A stretch of DNA of 43,514 nt from Hydrurus foetidus (taxonomy: Eukaryota). Of the stretch, positions 22,723 to 34,239 are shown piece by piece (within the stretch, counting starts at the first letter, position 1; each line of letters starts with the position of its first letter). The notes beneath the pieces are model-generated. The model was not told the origin of the DNA. It saw only the letters and a list, made by a program, of their open reading frames with translations, and searched no databases. Location: positions 1-43,514 of the forward strand of contig UYFQ01000676.1 in assembly GCA_900617105.1 (NCBI GenBank), read 5' to 3'. Made by a program: the position numbers and the translations under genes.

Positions 22723-23056
22723 ATGCCTGGCATAATTTGACCCATTTTGATGATAAGTGGCATAATATTTACGGCAGTGGCATAACTTCATCTACAGTAG
22801 CATAGTTGCAGCATAGTAGAAGCAATGTGCTGAATTTGGTAGCATAGTAACTGACCAAATAGAGTTTTATATCTCTTTTATTGGTACCAACTTACTACTA
22901 TTCGAAAAAAGAATGACTGCCGAAGATACTAATCAAGGACTTCCTGATTCCTGACTGAGAATTGCGAATCAGTTTTCCAAAGTGGAGCATTATCTATCAT
23001 CTATCGTCAATTATCGTATCATCGCGTCATCGCCGTGCACAATCATATACATCAAA

Positions 23057-25362
23057 ATGGAACAGATTACGGCAGATTACGATAGCGGCACTGAGCAGGA
23101 GCAGGAGCAGGAGCAGGAGGAAGATGATAGACATCCCGCAATATCCTCAGCTTCAAATCATTCCAGCTCGACTTTTTTTTTGCCTCGTACTTCAGCAGCA
23201 ACTCCAAGATCTGGAGTTACTGTACCCGCTGTCAGAGGTGGTGTGAAAAAGGTTTTCAAACACATTGAAATTCAGGCTTCAGACGACGACTCAGCGGATG
23301 AGGTGGACTACGTCCCTCCAAAAAACTACGCTGAGGATAGTGATGACAGTAGCTCCGATGAGTCTGTTGCACCCGAAGTGGGATCGGAAGAAGAAAGAGA
23401 CAAGATGAAAGAAATAGAGAAAAATTTACCGATGGAAAGCAGTCTATGCCGCAAGAGAAAAGTCAAGAAATCAAAAGGAACTTACGCAAGAGCAGCTACA
23501 AAAGTCACGACAAACTTAAAATCTAAGACACCGTTCGATCGCGTCAGAGAATACCCAGATCAACCACTAACTGTAGTGAATGGTAAACTATGCTGCAGGG
23601 TTTGTAAGAATCAGGTTCTAGCGCTGAAGGTATCAAGCATTAAGAATCATATCAGGAATGACACTCACAAACGCAACATGGTGAAGGAGGACAAAACTCA
23701 ACTAACGCTACTAAGCTACAAACAACTTGTTGAAACCAACGAGTCCGAAGAGTCTGCAGCGGGCGCAACTCTCTCTCTGGATGCAAGCGCGTACCGGATG
23801 GCCGTCTGTCATGCCTTCCTGAAATCAGGGACGCTGTTCGCACTTCTCGACAATGGCTCCGAAATCCGCGACCTTCTCGAGGATGGCCATGCAAAATGTC
23901 CGAAGCAGGCTTGCAGTGACATGATTCCCTTGCTGTACAAGAAAGAGTACGAAGAAATTGTGCGAGAATTAGACGACGTGCACTCCTTTTCTATCAGTTC
24001 AGATAGGACTATTAATGTTGCTGAAGCTCTGGCTGTGGTAAGATTGCTGCATTTTCGAAATCAAGTGCCTTCAATCAATTTACTTCCGACTTCAAAATGC
24101 CACAGATTGTGCGGTTCGTCGACAATAAAAAGACCATACAGTAAAGAGTCCTGGCACTGAGTTTCCTCGACGAACTTTTGACAGGGAATTCTTTGGCTGC
24201 CCAAATTATCAAGCAAGTCATGACAATGGCTCATCAAAATCCTATGAAACTCCGCTTCAACACTGTCGACAGCTGTGCCACGAATGGAGTAGCCAAAGAA
24301 GTGATGAGCACAGTTTTTACCCAATGCTGTGATCTTGTGTGTGTCTCACACACATCGAATCTTCCGATGAAGTTGTTTGAGAAAACTACTGATACAGCTC
24401 ACAACGTTCTACAGTGCTGGAGTCAGTGCCTGACTCAAGGATCGAAAGTGCGCGCCGCAACACGCCGTGCGCTTGGAGAAAAAGGCATGAAAAATCATGC
24501 CATCCGGTGGATGGCTGAATACCGGACCGCGGTCCAAGTTGGTGATAATTTCCGATTAATCAAAGACATTATCATCAATGAGGATGTTGGATGTGCCAAT
24601 CTCATGGACACACTCAAAGGGATAATCAATCGCCCCGCCGCCAATGGACTACCTTCTGGTGAACACATCCTCCGTCTGGAGTTAGCTCTTATCAAAGACG
24701 TTGGGGACCCGATTGCCTACTTCTGCAACCATTATGAGGGCGATGGATTTCTTTCCCCGTACGCTTATGACAGCTGGAATAATCTTATCGGGCATTTGAG
24801 AACAGTCGTGAATAGATATGGTGAGGCAGACTTTGTCTCATTTATGCGTTATGTCGCAAGAGAAACAGCTGAAGACGATTTGAATGAGGAGCAGCATTTG
24901 GTTGAAATGACTATCTTAAAAGCGAGAGTCGTTCTCGAAAAGCTGGAGTCCAATACAGTAACGAGATTTCGGGATACCCTCCACGTTCTAAGAGGCTGTC
25001 GCCTTCTGGGTTATGCTTTTATTAAAGAGACTACCTTTGAGGCACTAGAGGAAGGAGTCGATTTCATTCAAAACCTTCCCATAGCGGGGACTTTACTGGA
25101 TGGTCTCCGAGCAGAACTTTAATGCAGAGGATCCGGACGGTTGGTTGTTTTGGAGGCGATATTTCATTAGACTCCCTTTATGGTACAAGGTAGCTGCAGA
25201 AGTGGCATTAGTCATGTGTTCAAGCGCTGCTGTTGAGAGAGTGTTTTCTTGTTAAATTGCTTGTTTACTGATCAGCAGAGAAAGTGCTTAAACGACTACA
25301 AAGAGACTTCTATTATGATACGATACAATGAGAATTTTCGAGAGAAAAAGCAGTATGTGTAG
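23057..25362 (+). pseudogene. hAT transposase with N-terminal C2H2/BED-like finger, one intron (24038-24105), premature stops
   Basis: CRVC..NHI..H finger; SISSD; DSCATN; CVSH; IRW; C-terminal WLFW..LPLWYKVA..SSAAVERVFS dimerisation motif at about 25140-25250. Confidence 0.9.
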
Positions 25363-25646
25363 ATTTGTAATTTTTAAAACTAAAGCTTCCAGTAATTTGA
25401 TTCTTCTTGATCAAGGGTATAGAAGTTATTGGCATCGAATTGCGTAAGCAATATCATAGAAAAATATTTTGTACAGTGCATCTTTCAGTGGCATAATTAC
25501 ACAATAAGTGGCATAATCTAGCGTCAAAAAGCATGGTAGCATTATCAAGTGGCATAATTCCCTCAAAAAAGGGTCAAAATAGACCTATATTATGCTAGCA
25601 TAATTTTAGAATCTAATGGCAGAATCGCGAAATGGCAATCTTCAAT

Positions 25647-25797
25647 TCACGGGAACGCCAAAAAGTTTCCCATATAATTTTTTGCCATAAAATATGCGGA
25701 AAAAGGGGAACTTTCCCATATAAAGGGGTAGTTTAGGGTAAATTTCGGACCTTACCATAAAATAATTATATGGGAAAACTTTTTAGCGTTCCCGTGG
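25647..25797. mobile_element. ~150-bp MITE-like inverted-repeat element
   Basis: TIR CACGGGAACGCYAAAAAGTTT(T)CCCATATAATT at both ends; possible 2-bp AT TSD. Confidence 0.72.
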
Positions 25798-26077
25798 ATT
25801 GTAGCCTTACGGCTGTTGATTAACGTCCGATGGTACAGCAAATAAATCTGATGCAGCAGCTAATAGCGCGGTCACTGATACGATTAGATGCTACTTCCAT
25901 ATATACACACATCGCACTCAATCATCATTTATACAAACATCGTCATTTGAATCAACAGATAGTGAACCACTTCTCGCATAATTTAATTCTAACACTCGTG
26001 AAATACGATCATTCATGTCACCTTTGGTCCGTAATCAAATCTACGGCATCAACAGTTGGAATTAAGAGACATCGACC

Positions 26078-27155
26078 ATGGCCACATTCCCAGTAACTCT
26101 GTTGGACAATCCTCGGCAACAATTCAGATTGTTTTATCGTGCTGCACTTGCCGCATATGGCGCGGCATGCACCACAATATATCAGCACGGCCTGCTCGGC
26201 TACATCGTCACCGACAACCAATGGGAACTTTTGCCCGGTAACAGCGCCCCCAATGCGGATCCTGTTCTCCCCAACGATATCCTTCCTCGCCCCACAATCA
26301 CGATTCCTCCCGCTCCCACTGCAACGGCAAGTGCCCTGACAATTAAAATTTGGGAGCGTAAGCTGGCAGATAATGTGCTGGTCACCGATAGCCTACGAAC
26401 GCTCAAGGCAAACCTCAGCCAGTATTCAGCCGGCAGATTTAGTGACACTCCACGATCCCTTCTTTGGACTACTTAACGTCAGTGCCCTAACTATCATGAC
26501 GCACATCACAGAATTACACGGTACCCTCAATCAGGCCGACTTCGCGCACCTCCGCAGTCAACTATCGCTCACCATGGGCCATAACGAGTCTATTCAAGAC
26601 TTCATCGGAACGCATCAACTTCTACATGATCAGTTTGCTGAGGCACAACAACCTCTCTCGGAGCTCGATAAGTGCCACCACTTCCGCGAAGCAGTTAAGC
26701 CCTTGACACACATCCATCACACCATCGATTCCTACTTGGTTACACATCCCCTAGACGGACAGCAACTATATCGCGAACTGACGACCCATGTTTTTCAACA
26801 AGCGCCTAACTTCACTCCCACGGCAGCGTCAATGGGATATGTGGCCACAGCATCTGCGCCAACAAACGCTCAAACGGAGCCATCATCCGTCGCCACACTC
26901 CTTCAATCTTGAGCATTTGCCGCCCTCCTCACCGCCGCTATCAAACAGGCCGCTCCCGACCGTAGAAACGGACGAAATCGATCCGCCGCAAAAAAGATCC
27001 CTGCCTCCGACAATCGGCCGTACTGCTTCCATCATGGGTACGACAGCCACCATGGTGTCGACTGCAGATACATGTCGGCCAATGCCTTCTCCTCCGATGA
27101 ACGAGCCGCTACCACGCACGGCACACTCACAGGCGCTTCCAGTAACCGTCTCTGA
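26078..27155 (+). pseudogene. gag: copia gag (one frameshift, one internal stop)
   Basis: ORFs 26078-26476 and 26373-26912, then in frame YCFHHGYDSHHGVDC knuckle, ending TGA at 27153-27155. Confidence 0.8.
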
Positions 27156-28495
27156 CCTGCAGGAACGGCTGGAATGCTTCCATGTTCGCTTCACGCACAG
27201 TGTAACTTAACAAGTACAGCATCTCTATCCGTTCCATCTTCTTTTTGCACCGACACGGGATCCACGAATACGTTGATTCGCGAATCAGATGCCAACCACA
27301 TTCATTTCGACGAGCCAACTCTCTACGTGCTGTTTCCCAATGGCAACACAATCGCCTCCATCGGCTCGTGCCTTATTCACATTCCTAACCTCCCTCACTC
27401 ACTGCTCACTCATGTATTCCGTGACGATGTGCTAAACACGTCACTTCTCTCCATCACCCAACTTTGTCAACTTGGTTGTGTCGCCAACTTCAGTGCCACC
27501 ACCGTCACAGTTACCCACAACACTCACACTGTGTTCCAGGGTACCAAGTCATCGGTAACCAACCTTTGGACAGTTCCCATTCCACACCTAGTCGCCACGT
27601 CAATAGCTCATGCTGCTACTGCACTCACTTCCGACGCTAACTTCGTTCGATTTGTGCATGCGGCACTCGGAAGCCCGTCGCATTCCACGTTTCTCAAAGC
27701 CGTTCGACGCGGATACTTGCACTTGTACCCGCGGCTCACATTCGCTCTCGTATCTGCTCATCCTCCACTTGCTATCGCCACGGCTCAAGGACATCTGGAC
27801 CAACATCGACAAAGCCAGACATCCACTGGAGTCCACGTCAATCTCTTCGATATTGACGACGATGATGATAGCGAGGCTAACCAAGCAAAAAAATCTACCT
27901 CGCCAACAGCGCACCAATCATTAGCATACACTCAAGTCGTACTCATGTCAGACACACTACACTCTGACCTAACTGGCCGTTTCTCCGTTACTGCACATAC
28001 CGGCGCTCAGTACCTATTTGTGTCATACCTAGATGGCTACATACACGTGGAGTCCATGAAGACGCGGCATCACATAGATTATATAACAGCATACAAAAAA
28101 ACGCTCAATTATTTCTCTAAACTTGGTCGCCATCCCGCTTTCCAGCGACTCGACAATGAGACATCTGGTTCGTTAGAGGCGTTTGCTCTTGCAAGCAACA
28201 TCTCCATACAGTACTGCCCCCCTCACACTCATCGATCCCTAAAGGCCGAGCGCGCAATTCGAACTTTCAAGAACCATTTTATTGCAACACTCTGCACAGC
28301 ACCTCCTGATTTCCCACTCCTGCTCTGGAATGAGCTACTGCCGCAAGTTGAGCTCTGTTTCAACCATCTCATTCCCTACAGTCCCAACATATCTGTTTCT
28401 GCATATGCGGGCCTCCACGGCGGAGCTTCAACTTCACAAAGCATCCAATTGCTCCTGCCGGAACGCGCATTCTGATACACGATAAGCCTGCTGTC
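27156..28495 (+). pseudogene. pol: copia pol fragment (protease, GAG-pre-integrase, integrase core)
   Basis: DTGST; FVHAALGSP; HSDLTGRF; RLDNE; KAERAIRTFKNHFIA. Confidence 0.9.
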
Positions 28496-31400
28496 TGCGT
28501 CACGCATACCCAGCCATATGTTATTTGTTTTCTTTAAATTTCGCAGTGTGCGTTGTACACCACCATGTCCGACTATCGTGTTATGGCACGTTGCAATTAG
28601 GTTATATTGCTCGGTCGTCATTGGCTTGTGTGTCAGAATAGCTGCTATTACTCCTGTTTTAGGTAGCATTCTGTTTTTACATAGGCGAGACATTGCGTCA
28701 GCAATTTCATTTTGTTTCCCTGGGATATACCCTATCGTATATTCTAGTTCCTGCAGGGCCATACGCCATCTGCCGACCATCTCGTTTTTATCCTTTTCTA
28801 GGAACGTAAGATTTTTGTGGTCTGTTAGGATTGTGAATTTACGATCTCGCAGCAGTGCGTCGAGATAAGTACAGCAATAATATAGCGCGAAGGCTTCTTT
28901 TTGTATTACTGACCATTTCAGTTGAGTCTTGGTAAGAGACTTGCTGACAAGAGCGACGAGTTGTTTTTCTCCGTCGACTTCTTGATACAAATAGCCGCCG
29001 ATACCGTAATCCGACGCATCGGTCATAAGGGTTATGGGCGCTGTATCGTGTATAAAATATAATAAAGGACTCCTTGCAATTAGATCTTTTATCTTTTGAA
29101 AAGAATTTGCGGCGTCATCTGTCCAGATTAGCATTGATTGCTTTTTCGCGGCGTGATCTATCATTTTATGCAGTGGTGCCACCACGTTGGAGTGATTTGG
29201 TACATGATCCCGAAAATAATTGGTGAGTCCGAGAAACGATCTTAGTTCGGTCGTCTTTCTTGGCATAGGAAAGTCGGTCACACCTCTTATCTTTTTGGAA
29301 CTCATAGTTATACCTTCTTTAGATATTTGCTTACCAACATATTCAACTATTTGCACATTTAGCTTAAGCTTTGCGGCTTTTAGTGAAATGTTCTTTTCTT
29401 CGAGACGTTGAAATACAATTTCTAATCGTTCGCAGAATTGTTCAAATCCATTACCATAAACGATGATGTCGTCGAGGTATACTTCACAGATTTGGTATAT
29501 TAGTCCTAAAAGGACTATTGAGGCCATCATTTCTTGGAAATATGAGGGGGCCCTCTTTGGTCCGAAAGGTAGTCGGGTGAAGTGGTAGATGCCCATAAAT
29601 GTTATGAAAGCGGTATACACACGTGTGCTTAGCGTTAACGGTGCCTGGTGATATCCTGCAGTGAGGTCTATTACACCGAATGTGTCAGCTTTTTGTGAAC
29701 CTAATCTTGCTAACATTTGTTTAATATTAGGGATTGGCCAGCTTGCTGATTCCGTTGCGTCGTTGAGGTGACGATAGTCAATACAGAATCGGTATAAACC
29801 GTCGGGCTTTGCCGCAAGTGTTACTTGCGAGTAGTATGATGCCTCTGATTTGACTATTATACCCTGTTCGAGCATAGTGTCAACTTGTTTTCGGATTTCG
29901 ACCTGTTTTCGTGTAGACGTTGGTCTGGGTGCCACGCGGTTTTTGAAAACTTTCCACTCTGGATCCCGTACGGGTAGCCCAAAGGGAGGAATTCGCGCGG
30001 GCTCTGGTCCGAGTTTGTTGTTGAATAGCTTTATGTGTTTGACACAAATTGCTCTAATTTTTGCTTGTTGTTCAGGGGTACCATCGATCTGTATGAGATC
30101 GATGAGGTACATTTTGTCCTCTGTTGGATTGTCTTGGAAAGGAGCGAAGGTATCTTTCGACTTGTAGTCAATCTCTTCGGGTCCGAAGGGTTGAACCTCT
30201 GGGAGTTCTTCACGCTCCCGGAGTAGAGCAGCAACTAAACCAAGTGTTTGGGCTGGTGCCTTGGATGAGGGAGTAGGAGTAGCTAATTCCGGACTCCTGT
30301 CGGCTGTTACACCTAAATCATTTCGTCGGGGAGGTGACAACAAAACTGCTGCCTCGACCGTAGGGTGCAAAATGAACTCATCGGGATCTAGCCTAGCCGC
30401 TGCCGCAGCTAAGCTAGCGGGACACCCACATGAAAGAGTGCATGTCTTGCTTGTACAAGCACCTCGAGCCACCAGGTCGTCTTGCCATCGACTGTCTGCG
30501 TCTGAGGGTTTTGTCCCCTCCAGGCTAGTTATAACCGGAGGTATGGTTGGATCTGTAATGCTCGTGACTGTGTCCGACTCTGCTTCTAGCAGGAGTGGAA
30601 CGTCCACTTGGTTTATTACCATGTGTGTGGACTGGTCGAGTCTTTGCATTTTTGACATGTGTGTCATTGTCTTGTCTGTTACTATATTTTCCGGATTTTT
30701 GAAGAATTCCGGAATGATTTTAACCAAATTTAATTTTTTAATAGTCTGTAATCCTAAGATAAAGTCGACTTTTGAATCTTCTGCAATTCGCACCGGAAGA
30801 GAAAAAGTGTGTTGAAAAGAGTTCTTTTTAAATGATACAATAATATCAAGCACACGTGTTGATTCAATACATTGGTTGTTTAAACCCGAGCACATCCATA
30901 AGGGAGTGTCTGTTGGGCGCAGGTGGGGTTCGCCTCGTAGGTCCCGGAGGACTCTACGGTTGATTACGTCCCCGACCTGGCATCCGGTGTCGATTTGGGC
31001 GAGCGCGTCGATTCCCTCACTTTGGAGCGTACTTTGAGGACGACGAGGATGAGGAGGAGCTGGCATTGGAGTCTCGGTCGCGGTTGGAGAAATCTCTGTC
31101 GCGGTTGGAGACGTCTTTCTCTTTTTCCGTGTTGCGCGAGTCGTCTTTGCGGCTGGAGTCGCGGTCGCGACTGTCGGAGTGACTGTCGTTGCGATGGTTG
31201 GGCCGGAAGTTTGCGATCGGGTCTGTGGAAGAGATATGTGTACTTGTAAGTAATCCTCTATATTTTCAGGCAGTACTGCGGAAAGTAACATTTGCATGGT
31301 GGGTGTGCTGCGACTTTCGTCGAGGTTTTTTACATGCGTAGCGGTAAGGTGTAACTTACTTTTGCCTTTGTAGTTTGAGCTTGCGTGGGAACCACTTGGC

Positions 31401-31747
31401 TTGTTGCCACGCTCGCTGTTGCGATCGTCTGACTGACGATCGTTGTTGCGGTTGTTGGACTTATTGTTGTTGTTCTTGTTATTGTTGTTGTTTGGGCGGC
31501 GTGGGTCTTGGGTCTTAGGTGGTCCCATGTCCATCTCAACATCGTCGACTGGGTAGACGTACGTCGACGCACCTGGGTAGTTGGTGAGGTGGGTTTTCTC
31601 GTTGTTGACGTAGATGTCGGGTTTAAAGTGGGAATGCCCGATGCGTTTGAAATCCTGCCCAATGGAAGAAGCGTTCCATGTGGCGTGGGAGTTGTTGCAG
31701 TGCGGGTTCATAAAGAGCGGACAATTGTACCGATTATGAGTTGTCAT
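28495..31747 (-). CDS. pol: Gag C-terminus plus pol of element C in one open frame (3'-truncated)
   Basis: ORF 28376-31747: QIDTG, IDLTAGYHQ, LPFG, YLDD, TDASDYG, HNTIVGHGG. The last ~40 codons are copia antisense sequence. Confidence 0.92.
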
Positions 31748-33383
31748 TCCGCACGTGTGACATACGTCTGTTGTTCGGCTAATGCCTTCGTTGTCGGGAC
31801 GACGTTTGGGAATGGTCTTGTATGATGCGGATGGGCCAGTGGACGCGGATGTGGACAGTTGGGTGTCGGGATCTTCTTCAGGGGTAAGCTTGGTGGTGAA
31901 GGTATAGCTTAGTCCCCCATCTTGTCAGCGTCCGTAACTGTCTCGCGTGACGCTTGGAGACAGATGACAAGACGGGCGAGCATTTCCCTGATGTTGTCCT
32001 TTTTCCTTTCTTTGGCTGCCACTTTGGTCAAGTCCATGAAATTTTCAGTGAACTTGTTGCCTGGTGGGAGCTTTTTGTAGAATATCTTGCAGATATCGTC
32101 CTGGCGATCACTATCGATGTTGTCATACTTGTTGTAGAACCCCAGGATAATGTCGCGGAACGCGGCGATGGAAGTGTGTTCCAGTGCACCGTTCAGCCAA
32201 CTGAATTTGAACTGAAATCTCCTCAGTTTGAGGTCGAAGTCGTATGTGGATTGCGTACGTCTGTTAATGAAGTAGATTGTTTTAAGATCTTCTGCCATTT
32301 CTTTCAGAGTGAGCTCACCATCCGGTAATTCCGGCCACGCCATACATTGCGCGGGGGTGTACCCGACGAGCTTCGTGTTTTGCAAGAGTCCATCACGAAT
32401 GGTGTCGAGTGCCTCATCCTCTATCAGCGACTGCCAACCCGCGCTGAAACCAGGTCGGTGTGCCTGTTGGTAGAACAGGCGGGCGGACCCGTCCATGTCC
32501 TTCAACAGTACGTCCCTACCCATGTAGAACGCCTCCTTCATGTTAAAAAGGGAGGTCGTCATGTTTTGGTGACGTGGGATTTGGTTGCGTTGGGGTTGTT
32601 CGATGCCCGCATCTTCTGTTTTGCGTTTGCGTATAGGGTTCTCCACGGCCTTCGGTTTCGAAGCCGGGACCTTTTTCGCTGGTGCTTTAGCAGTGCGTTT
32701 GGCAGGTTTGGCTGTGCTGTTTGAGGGTGGTTGCTCTGGTGTGGGTTTGACTACTCGGGGGAGCGTCTTTTGGCAGGTGGTTTGGCCTCTGCGGGCTTGT
32801 TGGTGTCGAGTTTGGCTGTGAACGGATCTTCGGAGTCGGACGGGACTTGACTACCTTCATCCGATGAGAGTTCGATGTAGTTTTCATCGTCCTCGTCCTC
32901 GTCTTCCTCACCGGTTTCATCCTCCCCGTCCTCCTTGTCTGATTCAGGGTGGGAGTCCGATGTCACTTTGCCGTCGGCTGTTTGATCGTCCTTATTGCCG
33001 TCTCCCTCCTCGTCATTCTGTTGGGTCGGATTGCCACCTTGGTTTTCCTCCTTGTCGATGTTGTCGAGGTTGTCCGGTGATAAGGTGGCGGGTTCACTAT
33101 GTGAAACGACCTCGCCCATGATCGACATGAATTCGGAAAGACTTTGATCATCGTCTGCTTTTTCCTTTTCTTCTGTCTCGCCCTCCAATATGGAGAGACG
33201 TTTGCGCTCTGCCATGCGCGTGTTATGCCTCTCGGCTTGTTTTGCCTTGTGGGCTTTTTGTTCGTCTTCGATGCGGCTTTCAGTGTCTGTAGCCTTGATG
33301 CTTTTTGACTGAGCGCCGCCGTCGAAGCGGCGATATTTGCCTCGCGCCGCTTGGCGACTTGTTTGAGACGTTCCTTTTCCCAT
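31748..33383 (-). pseudogene. gag: gag of element C (frameshifted)
   Basis: ORFs 32751-33383 and 31909-32646, then knuckle CHTCGMTTHNRYNC at about 31762-31721. Confidence 0.82.
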
Positions 33384-34019
33384 TTGAGGGTCAGGCGTTC
33401 ATCGTCTAGGAGCGAAGAGCTGAAGATGATTGGGTTAGAGCTCTGTCTCTTGTCTTTTTGGCTCTTTGTCATCGTGAATTTTGGTCGGGACTTATTTGGA
33501 TGGAACTGAGCGTCTTCGACAGCGACGGAACTCGGACGCGGTGATGTAGGGAAATGAGGAGTAGGTTCGTCGAGGATGGAGACTGGTAGGTTAAGAGTGT
33601 GGCAGTAGAAGTCAGGGGGATTGGGTTACTTTCGTGCGATTTCGGGAGGAAATCGCGTCGAAAGTTGGGGGCGTTGGACGGCTTCGTGGGCAACGAAGTT
33701 GGGCGTGCGCGTTGGAGCTTTCGTTTTAGAAACGATTTGTTTGGTTTCACTTGCTTGCAAGTTACTCTCTTTTGTCGGCCTTCGTTTTCTGAAGAGCTCG
33801 AGGAGATGTCGTTAAAAGTCGTCGGAACGAACTTCTAAACGAGGGCGTTCTGGAGGCTGTCGATTTAACAGAGCCTTTGTAGTGTCGTTAGACGTTGTTT
33901 TCACTTAAAAAAGTTACTCGCTTTTGTTTGGCACGACTGTTTGACGGTCGCGGCAAGATTTTTCTGTTGATTTTGGAAACTGGTCTCTGAAGGAGATCCT
34001 AGTTGGTTCCAAATACCGG

Positions 34020-34239
34020 TATTGTGGCCTTGCTAGGTCTCAGGGCAACGGGAGCGGAGGTCTGAGGGCGCGTGGACAAAGGGAAGATGCTGTGGGGCTA
34101 AAGCTATGATAGCAATGTGGTTAGCTTACAGGTAAACACAGCAGATATCATGGCAATGAATCGTGTGGATCGGATCGTCCTCGATCCGAACCGGACGTAC
34201 GCCTGTACCCTTACAGCCCGTACGGGTGTTCGGGGCACA
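34020..34239 (-). repeat. Inferred 5' LTR of element C (TG...TA)
   Basis: Starts TGTGCCCC exactly where the integrase of D breaks (LQHF|). Its end CCACAATA parallels the element A LTR end CCACAACA. No partner LTR in the window. Confidence 0.7.

Larger units (their letters stand above)
9868..25638 (+). mobile_element. hAT DNA transposon (outermost layer of the nest)
   Basis: 8-bp TSD TCTTCAAT at 9860-9867 and 25639-25646. 20-bp TIR TT(A/G)CCATTTCGCGATTCTGC, the left copy split by a MITE. Many subterminal TGGCATAA(T) motifs. Transposase at 23057-25362. Confidence 0.9.
25814..28495 (+). mobile_element. Ty1/copia (CoDi-like) retrotransposon, 3'-truncated after integrase
   Basis: Putative single LTR TGTTG..TAACA (25814-25994). 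Order is gag-PR-IN; RT, RH and the 3' LTR are absent. Confidence 0.85.
28495..34239 (-). mobile_element. Ty3/gypsy element C (5' LTR, gag, PR-RT-RH, truncated in the integrase finger)
   Basis: Pol motifs homologous to element A; LTR-like segment 34020-34239 interrupts the integrase of element D. Confidence 0.92.

Noticed and set aside
18133..24144. In-frame TAA/TAG stops suggesting a ciliate-type genetic code
   Set aside because: TAA/TAG end credible genes here (Lys-rich gene, hAT transposase), and long pol ORFs contain none. Point mutation is the simpler explanation.
25800..25813. TGTAGCCTTA identical to the first 10 nt of the element A LTR
   Set aside because: Too short to call; it might be the stub of another LTR hit by the copia, but no continuation is visible.
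28376..28495. C-terminal tail of the 1123-aa ORF (and likewise 34126-34239 of the 994-aa ORF)
   Set aside because: Chimeric run-on into neighbouring elements.
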